A stretch of 64,000 nucleotides of DNA from a virus: IMG/VR virus record IMGVR_UViG_3300019776_000324, positions 1 to 64,000 of that record, one strand, 5' to 3'. This document shows, piece after piece, positions 16,868 through 24,122 of this stretch (positions are counted from its first letter, which is position 1; each line of letters opens with the position of its first letter). The translations under genes were made by a program, and so were the position numbers. The notes beneath the pieces were generated by a model. It was given only the letters and a program-made list of their open reading frames with translations. It had not been told where the DNA came from and ran no database searches.

Positions 16868-17142
16868 TGAACGAGCGTATTCAACGGCTCAAAGATCAGG
16901 CGTTAAAAGAATGCCTGGATAAATCTGACAGCTTGGTCCAAGGTGAAACTATTACTCTACGAGAGTTTCACAACATTGTAGAGGACAAGTTTGTTAATTT
17001 ATTGCTTGCCGACTTAGCTGATGAACTGATTGATGTTGCTCGAGGTAGTAAGAAAGTTAATCCAGAATGGGCCAACGGCGTGAACCATGCGGCCATGTTA
17101 GCCCAGCGTATGACTATGAACTTACCCAAGGAAGAAAAATGA
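16867..17142 (+). CDS. small hypothetical protein, MNE[RK]I-family paralog 1
   Basis: N-terminus MNERIQRLKDQALKEC is shared with the ORFs at 17744 and 18563. Confidence 0.5.
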   Translation: MNERIQRLKDQALKECLDKSDSLVQGETITLREFHNIVEDKFVNLLLADLADELIDVARGSKKVNPEWANGVNHAAMLAQRMTMNLPKEEK

Positions 17143-17426
17143 TTAAAATGCCATGGCAGGACAGCGCGGAAACTATCGCAAACAAAGAACTGCTTGCTAA
17201 GAACCTAGCTGAAAAGAAAGAGTTAGAGCGAGCAGAAGCTGAAAAGGAAGAAGATGGGCTACCGTGCTACCAAGTTGGTGTATCTAAGGATAATCGTGTT
17301 ACACTTAGACTAGGCAGTGAATCGTGGTATAGCACACTTACCATGACTAACGAAGGTGTTGACCGTATGATTCGTATGCTGGAAGCCGCAAAAGATCAAG
17401 TCAATGCTGAAGAGGTTAAAGAGTGA
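17139..17426 (+). CDS. hypothetical protein (95 aa)
   Basis: ATG 17139 with ATGA overlap; the track start 17067 was rejected. Confidence 0.45.
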   Translation: MIKMPWQDSAETIANKELLAKNLAEKKELERAEAEKEEDGLPCYQVGVSKDNRVTLRLGSESWYSTLTMTNEGVDRMIRMLEAAKDQVNAEEVKE

Positions 17427-17617
17427 TCTCTGGATGGATCCTAGTAGTACTGCAATCAACTGCACCATATGTGTATGGTTGGCAACCCATTGGTGAGTTT
17501 GCTTACGAGCAAGAGTGTAAGCAGGCTATCGTGCAATTGCAAACCCGTGCTAAAGAATACAGTACGGTTACTGTGCGTGACTATATTTGTATTCCAAGAT
17601 CAAGGAGTTCCACATGA
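17423..17617 (+). CDS. small membrane/secreted protein (64 aa)
   Basis: N-terminal hydrophobic helix ISGWILVVLQ. Confidence 0.45.
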   Translation: MISGWILVVLQSTAPYVYGWQPIGEFAYEQECKQAIVQLQTRAKEYSTVTVRDYICIPRSRSST

Positions 17618-17760
17618 TGTATAAATTTTTATGGAATGTAAAACTATGGTTAACGGGTATTGTTATACTTGTTATGATACCCGTTGTGTTTGTATGGGCC
17701 GTGTTGGTTGACGGCCCGATTGAACTAACTAAAAGGTTTATGAGTGAACGAGAAGATTAA
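17614..17760 (+). CDS. small membrane protein (48 aa), absent from the ORF track
   Basis: AAGGAG SD 8 nt upstream. ATGA overlap with the upstream stop. Translates to MMYKFLWNVKLWLTGIVILVMIPVVFVWAVLVDGPIELTKRFMSERED. Confidence 0.5.
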   Translation: MMYKFLWNVKLWLTGIVILVMIPVVFVWAVLVDGPIELTKRFMSERED

Positions 17761-17995
17761 ACAACTGGCTAAACAGTCCGGTATTTGGTTCGAGGACACA
17801 AAAGAGATTAGAACTCATTCCATTAGCACTACTACCTTGGAAAAGTTTGCTGTTTCGATTGTACAAGAATGCCTGGATTCAATTGTTGCTACCAAGGATC
17901 GTCCGACTGATAATGATCTTTTATTTTACCAGGGCCTGTTTACAGCAATTGACGGAATTAAAAAACGATTTGGAGTAGAGCATGAAAAGGATTAA
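17744..17995 (+). CDS. small hypothetical protein, MNE[RK]I-family paralog 2 (GTG start)
   Basis: The GTG start is supported by N-terminal conservation with paralogs (MNEKIKQL vs MNERIQRL and MNDKIQQL) and by the shared ...IV.EC.D... block. Confidence 0.45.
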   Translation: MNEKIKQLAKQSGIWFEDTKEIRTHSISTTTLEKFAVSIVQECLDSIVATKDRPTDNDLLFYQGLFTAIDGIKKRFGVEHEKD

Positions 17996-18194
17996 AGCGT
18001 TATTCCCGCGCTCGGGTGCTACCTGGTTGTTTGGGTGGACCTTTGTGTATGCTGTTGTAGCTGTGTATTCGGTATTTGTTGAGCCTGTTGCCAGTATAGA
18101 ATTGATACAAGCAGCGTGGTTATTGATTTGTAGCATGCCATTGTGGATTCCTCCACTGGCACGATTTTTAAGGATGCGTGTATTATGGAAATAA
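17982..18194 (+). CDS. small membrane protein (70 aa)
   Basis: Two hydrophobic helices. Confidence 0.45.
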   Translation: MKRIKALFPRSGATWLFGWTFVYAVVAVYSVFVEPVASIELIQAAWLLICSMPLWIPPLARFLRMRVLWK

Positions 18195-18382
18195 AACTTA
18201 ACCAATTGGTCAAAGAGCAGGCGAATGTCAACAGCATTGACAAATTAATGATCTTAGTATATAATTTAATTTTAGTAGCTGGTGCATGCTATCTGGTTTA
18301 TTACAAGGATGCCAGTGCTTGGTTGTTCTTGTTGGTGCTAGCACTGGCTGGTAGTTGGAAAGAAAGCAAAAAAGATGATTAA
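18185..18382 (+). CDS. small membrane protein (65 aa)
   Basis: ATG 18185; the track start 18143 was rejected. Hydrophobic LVYNLILVAGACYLVYY...LFLLVLALAG. Confidence 0.4.
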   Translation: MEIKLNQLVKEQANVNSIDKLMILVYNLILVAGACYLVYYKDASAWLFLLVLALAGSWKESKKDD

Positions 18383-18551
18383 AATTTGGTTAGGATTTGC
18401 AATATTGTTTAGTGCGTTTTACACTGGTATTCCGACATTTAGACATATGACTGGTAAAGAAAAGTGGAACTTGACAAAAACTGTATTGTTTAGTATAATT
18501 TGTAGTGCGTTAGCAATTGCCACAATGATGTTATTTGTAATTGTATTCTAA
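18375..18551 (+). CDS. small membrane protein (58 aa), absent from the ORF track
   Basis: ATGATTAA overlap with the upstream stop. Translates to MIKIWLGFAILFSAFYTGIPTFRHMTGKEKWNLTKTVLFSIICSALAIATMMLFVIVF. Confidence 0.45.
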   Translation: MIKIWLGFAILFSAFYTGIPTFRHMTGKEKWNLTKTVLFSIICSALAIATMMLFVIVF

Positions 18552-18562
18552 AGGGAATTAAA

Positions 18563-18799
18563 ATGAACGACAAGATTCAACAATTAATTAAACAAGCAAA
18601 TCGTGAAATTGGTGAGCAACTAGGCCAGTCTGGAGTGTATTTAAACTTTGGCCCTGCAAAATATTTTGCCGAACTTATTGTTAAAGAATGTGCCGATGTA
18701 TGTAGGAAAGAATGGTTGGCAAGTAGTTCTGCACAACGATACGGCGATCAGTGCGCCGACTCAATTGAACATCATTTTAATATTAAGGAAACAGTATGA
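18563..18799 (+). CDS. small hypothetical protein, MNE[RK]I-family paralog 3
   Basis: N-terminus MNDKIQQLIKQ. Shares the LIVKECADV block with the paralogs. Confidence 0.5.
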   Translation: MNDKIQQLIKQANREIGEQLGQSGVYLNFGPAKYFAELIVKECADVCRKEWLASSSAQRYGDQCADSIEHHFNIKETV

Positions 18800-19593
18800 A
18801 CAAGACTTTTAAATTAAGTATTTTGGCCGCGGCCCTCGTAGCAACCACAGCATGTACTCGTATTGAAACAGGTACAGTGGGCCTGCGTGTTGACATGAGC
18901 AAGCAGATTGCTGGTGCTGAATTACAGCCGGGATCTTGGAATCAAACACTGTTTGGTGATGTACTTGAGTTTCAAGTTCGTAGTATTCAAGTTGCTTGGA
19001 ACAATCTTACTCCACAGACAGCAGATAACAGTACACTCAAAGACTTTGATGTAGCAATGATTTACGAAATTAATCCAACCGCAGTTAGCGAATTGTGGAT
19101 TAACCAAAGCCGTAGCTTCCATACTTATAAAGATGGCGAATACTACTTGATGTTCAACTACATGACTCAACTGTTGAACTCTGCTACAGCCAAGGCTGTT
19201 CGCAAGTACAAGGCACTTGAAGTAGCAGACAACCGTGCTAATATCGAAGCTGATATTCGTGCCACAGTTGATGCCATGCTCAAAGAAGAAAAACTAGACA
19301 AGAGTATTACAGTCAGCCAAGTTCGAGTAGCTAATGCAGTACCAGCAGATGACATTGTGGCCAGTGCTAATGCCGCAGTTAAAGCTACAAACGATTTGAA
19401 AACTAAACAGGTTGAAGTACAGATTGCTCAACAAGAAGCTATCCGTATCCAAACACTTAACTCAAACTCGCAAGCTATCCCATACATGAACGCTATGGCT
19501 AATATGGAAATTGCCAAGGCAGTTCGCGAAGGCAAGGTTCAAACAATTGTTGTGCCTGCGGATTTCAAAGGCATGCTGAATGTGGGCAAATAA
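18796..19593 (+). CDS. SPFH/band-7-like lipoprotein
   Basis: Lipoprotein-type signal (LVATTAC). The N-terminal region resembles the SPFH core (GTVGLRVDMSKQI...LQPGSWNQTLFGDV...DFDVAMIYEINPTAV). A coiled C-terminal half follows. Confidence 0.4.
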   Translation: MNKTFKLSILAAALVATTACTRIETGTVGLRVDMSKQIAGAELQPGSWNQTLFGDVLEFQVRSIQVAWNNLTPQTADNSTLKDFDVAMIYEINPTAVSELWINQSRSFHTYKDGEYYLMFNYMTQLLNSATAKAVRKYKALEVADNRANIEADIRATVDAMLKEEKLDKSITVSQVRVANAVPADDIVASANAAVKATNDLKTKQVEVQIAQQEAIRIQTLNSNSQAIPYMNAMANMEIAKAVREGKVQTIVVPADFKGMLNVGK

Positions 19594-19594
19594 T

Positions 19595-19762
19595 ATGGAC
19601 AAGATCAGACAGTGGTACTTGAACAACTATACTGAGATTACTTGGTTCCTAATTGGCTTCTTAACACTAGCTGGATTCCAAGATCTAGCCCGTGGTGATT
19701 ATGTTCAAGCAGTTATTAGTTTTGCACTGGTAGCATTAAACTACTCATTGAGCCAGAAATAA
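19595..19762 (+). CDS. small membrane protein (55 aa)
   Basis: ATG 19595 after the upstream TAA; the track start 19580 was rejected. Confidence 0.4.
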   Translation: MDKIRQWYLNNYTEITWFLIGFLTLAGFQDLARGDYVQAVISFALVALNYSLSQK

Positions 19763-19778
19763 CAGTATCAATTTTACC

Positions 19779-19811
19779 GAAACACCCCTAAATGGGGTGT
19801 TTTTATTTTTT
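19779..19811 (+). terminator. intrinsic terminator
   Basis: AAACACCCC-taaat-GGGGTGTTT stem followed by TTTATTTTTT. Confidence 0.75.
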
Positions 19812-19840
19812 GAGCTGTCATTTATACATTAAATATCAGT

Positions 19841-20074
19841 ATGGAAAATACAACTAACAATACCCAAATTACTATTGCAGATCTAGACACACTTAGAAAC
19901 ATTGTGGATCTGGCCTGCACCCGTGGTGCTTTCCGTGGCGCAGAACTTACACAAGTTGGTGTGATCTACGACAAGCTCACTCAGTTCCTTGCTGCCGTAA
20001 TCGAGCAAGCCAAGGCACAAGAAGAATCAAACAACTCAGCCGAGCCAGCTGACAACCAATCTCAAGGAGAATAA
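19841..20074 (+). CDS. hypothetical protein (77 aa)
   Basis: ORF immediately after the terminator. Confidence 0.45.
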   Translation: MENTTNNTQITIADLDTLRNIVDLACTRGAFRGAELTQVGVIYDKLTQFLAAVIEQAKAQEESNNSAEPADNQSQGE

Positions 20075-20075
20075 C

Positions 20076-20804
20076 ATGGCATTTACTAAATTTGTAGGCA
20101 AACACGGAGATCGCAGAGTCTGCGTATTGTTCAGACAGGTACCCGGCGAAGATCACATGGCGTTGATTATCTATCCAGATACTATTCACGCACACTGGCA
20201 AGACGCTATTCAAAAGGTTCTTGAAAGTGACCTGTGTCAACAAGGCGAAGAGTTTGCTGATGCGCTACATCGCAACTACTTCCCAGACGGTCGTCCAATG
20301 TTAGAAACATTGCACCAAGAGCGCATGATCAAGAAGGTACGCACTGCTGATATCATCATGACTCCTAATGCTTCTAGCAACATTCGGTTAGATGAACTCA
20401 ACAAGATGTTGAACGAAATGAAACTGGGCGAAGCTGCTATCAAGAAAATGGCTGAAAGTGATGCTAGCCGTGGTATGGTTGCTCCAGAAGTCAAGCGCAA
20501 AGCTGAAGCAGAATACAAAGCTAGTCAAGCACAAAAAGCAGATCCTGCGTATGTTGCTCCCCCGACACTCAAAGCAGGTCAAGATGGTGCACTATCAGAC
20601 CGTGACATTGCTGCTAACATGTTGGCACAAGCCAAAGCTATGGAAGTTAACGCACACAATATGATCGCTGAAGCAGCACGCATGAAGAAAGATGCAGAAC
20701 GCATGGATCCGACTGTTACTGCTAAAGCAACGGCACCTACTACAACCCAGACTAAAGCTAAACGCGGCCGTCCTGCTAAGGTAGCAGATGCAGCTCAATC
20801 TTGA
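20076..20804 (+). CDS. hypothetical protein with C-terminal AT-hook (possible DNA-binding protein)
   Basis: C-terminal KAKRGRPAKVA contains the GRP core of an AT-hook. Ala/Lys-rich low-complexity C-terminal half. Confidence 0.5.
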   Translation: MAFTKFVGKHGDRRVCVLFRQVPGEDHMALIIYPDTIHAHWQDAIQKVLESDLCQQGEEFADALHRNYFPDGRPMLETLHQERMIKKVRTADIIMTPNASSNIRLDELNKMLNEMKLGEAAIKKMAESDASRGMVAPEVKRKAEAEYKASQAQKADPAYVAPPTLKAGQDGALSDRDIAANMLAQAKAMEVNAHNMIAEAARMKKDAERMDPTVTAKATAPTTTQTKAKRGRPAKVADAAQS

Positions 20805-21090
20805 TTTTTTAGATCAGTGGGAACATATATTAGCAGATGTAGTTAAGACGGATGTTCCCCTAGAGTGTATTAAGAAAGTAGTTATCAAGTTAGCCGGTGG
20901 TAAACAGAAAACTATTAATGTACACACTCTATTAAAGCAGGGTATGGAGTTAGAAGAAGTTGAAAGCATGCTCACTAGATTTTTTAATGAGAACGATCAT
21001 CATATTCGCGATGTAGACTTTGTAGTAGACATCAACTCCGTAGCCAAAATTGTTCAACCAGAAACAGATAAATTATTAGGTAAACTTTGA
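20788..21090 (+). CDS. hypothetical protein (100 aa)
   Basis: ORF only. Confidence 0.4.
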   Translation: MQLNLDFLDQWEHILADVVKTDVPLECIKKVVIKLAGGKQKTINVHTLLKQGMELEEVESMLTRFFNENDHHIRDVDFVVDINSVAKIVQPETDKLLGKL

Positions 21091-21749
21091 AAGTAACATT
21101 AGTTTCGTCGAGCCAACCTAGCGCAGAATTAGCAAGTCAAGGCATAATCAATTGCCAAGAGTTGGTTGCTTACTGCGCTAGGGTTAGCAATCCAGCTAAC
21201 CAAACCAACACAGACACCAGCGAAAAGCTGATCCGTTATCTTATCAAACACAAGCATTGGTCACCATTAGAAATGGTAAGTGCTTGTTTAGAAATTGAAA
21301 CTACAAGAGATATTGCTAGACAGATCTTGCGTCACCGTAGCTTCAGCTTCCAAGAGTTCAGTCAGCGTTATGCTGTAGCAGACTTGGGTTGGGAGTTTAA
21401 AGAAACCAGACTACAAGACACCAAGAACCGTCAAAACAGTCTGGCCACAGATGACCACATGTTAGACTACGAGTGGCAAACAGTACAAAAGAATCTTGTT
21501 GGGCAAGTACAAGAAGCATACGATTGGGCTATCAAGAACGGTATTGCCAAAGAACAAGCTAGAGCTGTGTTACCAGAAGGTATTACTACTAGCCGTTTAT
21601 ACATGCAAGGCACTTTGCGTAGCTGGTTACACTATATTGAATTGCGTAGTGGACCAGAAACACAAAAGGAACACCGTGAAGTTGCACAAGCCTGCGCTGG
21701 CGCACTTGAATCAATCTTCCCAATGGTTTCAGAATTCCTTGTAAAGTAA
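21087..21749 (+). CDS. thyX: flavin-dependent thymidylate synthase ThyX
   Basis: ThyX signature RHRSFSFQEFSQRY (RHR...S..Q.S.RY). N-terminus MKVTLVS is typical of ThyX. TTG start overlaps the upstream TGA. Confidence 0.75.
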   Translation: MKVTLVSSSQPSAELASQGIINCQELVAYCARVSNPANQTNTDTSEKLIRYLIKHKHWSPLEMVSACLEIETTRDIARQILRHRSFSFQEFSQRYAVADLGWEFKETRLQDTKNRQNSLATDDHMLDYEWQTVQKNLVGQVQEAYDWAIKNGIAKEQARAVLPEGITTSRLYMQGTLRSWLHYIELRSGPETQKEHREVAQACAGALESIFPMVSEFLVK

Positions 21750-21768
21750 ACATAATTCTGCTATAATA
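21739..21768 (+). promoter_or_regulatory. promoter variant (TTGTAA-N18-TATAAT) with ATG 6 nt downstream
   Basis: TATAAT 21763-21768 followed by AGCAGTATG, the same architecture as 14495-14509. The -35 is weak. Confidence 0.45.
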
Positions 21769-21773
21769 GCAGT

Positions 21774-22124
21774 ATGTTCAAGGCCATAAACGAATTGCAT
21801 CCGAGAAATCGTTCTGCTGAAGCAGACAAACTGTTCAAAGCACCAGAGTGGCGACTTGTTGACGATAAAGCTGTTAAGTTTTCGGATGTAATGGTTCATT
21901 CGTTCAACATGGGCGATGTAGAAGATCCAGATCTATATGCTGCACAACCCATTATGGAATGGCAGAACAGCGAAGCAGGACAATGGGTTATAGAACATGC
22001 TGTGGAGAAACCCTTCTGGCATCGTGTGTTGAGTCCTTACACTTATGGATGGACATATTATATTGTAGCTCGACTTGCTGAGCAAGATCAAACATACTGG
22101 ACACTTAAATGGCAAAAATCTTAG
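21774..22124 (+). CDS. distant member of the small-protein family (tail EQDQTYWTLKWQKS), probably leaderless
   Basis: C-terminus resembles the EQDAxMFKLKWA tails of the array. ATG 6 nt after TATAAT. Confidence 0.5.
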   Translation: MFKAINELHPRNRSAEADKLFKAPEWRLVDDKAVKFSDVMVHSFNMGDVEDPDLYAAQPIMEWQNSEAGQWVIEHAVEKPFWHRVLSPYTYGWTYYIVARLAEQDQTYWTLKWQKS

Positions 22125-23077
22125 TAACAGGCGGCCTAGGCTTTATTGGCCATAATGTTGTTGCCCTGTTAGAACAGCAAGGACATGCAGTTGTTGTAGT
22201 TGATAACTTGACTGACTATGGCATTATACCTGCACAAGAACTTGCTTGGTTGGTTGAACACCGCCGTAGAAAAATCAAAACACAACATATCTACAAGGAT
22301 GATATTGCTTGGTTAAACATCAGCAGAATCATTCAAGAGCATGAGATAGATACAGTCATACACTTGGCCAGCTTTCCCAGACAAAAAGTAGTCAATAACA
22401 ATCCGCAATGGGGCAGTCGTACCATGAGCGAGGGCCTGCTTAACTTGTTAGAAGCCAGTACCAGCAACAGTGTACGCAAGTTTGTATATGTTAGCAGCAG
22501 TATGGTCTATGGTAACTTCAAGGACAAATATTCAGACGGCGTAGATGAAAATCATGCTTGTAATCCCCTAGGGCAATACGGTATTATGAAGCTGGCAGGA
22601 GAATGGTTGGTCAAAGACTATGCTCGCCGTACTGGTATTGCTTATACTGTTATACGCCCTAGTGCTGTGTATGGACCCTTGGATGTAGAAGATCGTGTGG
22701 TCAGCAAGTTCTTGTTAACAGCCATGCGTGGTGGAGAAATACAAGTCAACGGCGATAAGGAAAGTTTAGACTTTACCTATGTAGACGATGCCGCAGATGG
22801 TATTGTGAGTGCTAGTATAAGCAACGACACAGACAACATGACATATAACATTACTCGTGGGTCTAGTCGTACCTTATTAGAAGCTGCAGAACTAGCTGTG
22901 CGTATAGTAGGCACAGGAACTATCCGTGTTAATCCAGCAGACAATAACTTTCCCAGTCGCGGTCAGTTAAATACGACTAGAGCATATCAAGACTTTGGAT
23001 ACATGCCTGCAACTGATATAGAACAAGGATTTGAGGAATACTATGCCTGGCTTAAAGATTCCATTTACCGGACTTAA
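22109..23077 (+). CDS. NAD-dependent sugar-nucleotide epimerase/dehydratase (extended SDR)
   Basis: Rossmann ILVTGGLGFIGHN. YVSSSMVYG. Catalytic YGIMK (YxxxK). Confidence 0.75.
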   Translation: MAKILVTGGLGFIGHNVVALLEQQGHAVVVVDNLTDYGIIPAQELAWLVEHRRRKIKTQHIYKDDIAWLNISRIIQEHEIDTVIHLASFPRQKVVNNNPQWGSRTMSEGLLNLLEASTSNSVRKFVYVSSSMVYGNFKDKYSDGVDENHACNPLGQYGIMKLAGEWLVKDYARRTGIAYTVIRPSAVYGPLDVEDRVVSKFLLTAMRGGEIQVNGDKESLDFTYVDDAADGIVSASISNDTDNMTYNITRGSSRTLLEAAELAVRIVGTGTIRVNPADNNFPSRGQLNTTRAYQDFGYMPATDIEQGFEEYYAWLKDSIYRT

Positions 23078-24122
23078 AAAGCAGTATAACAATCTGCGTA
23101 CAGAGATCTTAGATGTCACTGATGAAGTGTTAAGGTCAGGACAACTCATGGCTGGCAATTATACCGCAGAGTTTGAAAATTGGCTGGCTCATCGCAATCA
23201 CAGCAAATACGCTATAACATGTCACTCAGGCAGTCAAGCCCTAGAGATAATTGCCGAATACTATCGTACACAAACTAGTACTCGCCCACCCAGAGTAGTT
23301 GTACCATCAATGACTTATGTGGCCACTGCTAATGCATTTATACGAGCAGGTTGGGAAGTATGGATCGCAGACACTGACAAGTACGGTTTACTAGACAACA
23401 AGAAGCATGTGCCTGTGGATCTAAGTGTACAAGCAACTGTGCTGGTTGGCCTGTATGGTGCGGCTGTTAATGCTGATCGCTTTTGGGGTACGGACCTAGT
23501 TATAGAAGATGGTGCACAACACTGGTTGGCAAACAATTCAAATCGTGTGGGCAATGCTTGTGCTATCAGCTTTGACCCTATGAAGAACTTGAATGCTTAT
23601 GGCAACGGTGGTGCTGTAGTAACTGACGATATAGACTTGTTGGAGTTTGCTAGAGAGTGGACCAACAATGGCAAGCCCACGCACACAAACATAGGCACTA
23701 ACAGTAGAATGAGTGAGATAGAGTGTGCGCAGATGATGGTTAAAACACAGCACATTGATTCATGGCAAGCTCGTCGTGAAAACATATCCAAGTACTGGAT
23801 GGGCCGATTAAAGAACACAGGTATTAGAAGTTTAATTGATGCACACAATGTTGAAACACACTCGTATCACAAGTTTGTTATTGATGTGGACAATAGAGAT
23901 ATCCTTGCTCGTAACTTGGATATCAAAGGCATTGAAACTAGAGTACACTACAAGCAACCGCTACATGAACTGCCAGCTTACAGTAATTGCACTGGTCCTG
24001 ACATGTTAAGTGTTGCCAGTGCGTTGTCACGCAGAGTATTAAGTTTACCTATCTATCCAGAACTAACTGATCTGGAAGTAGAATATATTATTGATCAGGT
24101 ATTAGATTCCGCTTTATCATAG
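23043..24122 (+). CDS. DegT/DnrJ/EryC1-family PLP-dependent sugar aminotransferase
   Basis: HSGSQALEI, and the Lys-containing motif ISFDPMKNLNAYGNGGAVVTDD. ATG 23043 with GAGGAA SD; the track TTG start at 23031 was rejected. Confidence 0.75.
   Translation: MPGLKIPFTGLKKQYNNLRTEILDVTDEVLRSGQLMAGNYTAEFENWLAHRNHSKYAITCHSGSQALEIIAEYYRTQTSTRPPRVVVPSMTYVATANAFIRAGWEVWIADTDKYGLLDNKKHVPVDLSVQATVLVGLYGAAVNADRFWGTDLVIEDGAQHWLANNSNRVGNACAISFDPMKNLNAYGNGGAVVTDDIDLLEFAREWTNNGKPTHTNIGTNSRMSEIECAQMMVKTQHIDSWQARRENISKYWMGRLKNTGIRSLIDAHNVETHSYHKFVIDVDNRDILARNLDIKGIETRVHYKQPLHELPAYSNCTGPDMLSVASALSRRVLSLPIYPELTDLEVEYIIDQVLDSALS

Noticed and set aside
5916-17426. Long N-terminal extensions proposed by the ORF track (GTG/TTG starts at 5744, 5916, 7056, 7304, 11123, 11703, 12267, 17067 etc.)
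   Set aside because: Each overlaps the preceding gene by 20-90 nt. A downstream ATG sits in the recurrent ATGA/TAATG coupling position with an SD. The shorter forms are preferred.
19809-19840. Another leaderless promoter in front of the 19841 gene (TTGAGC ... TATCAG-T-ATG)
   Set aside because: The hexamers and spacing are poor matches compared with the eight consensus copies.
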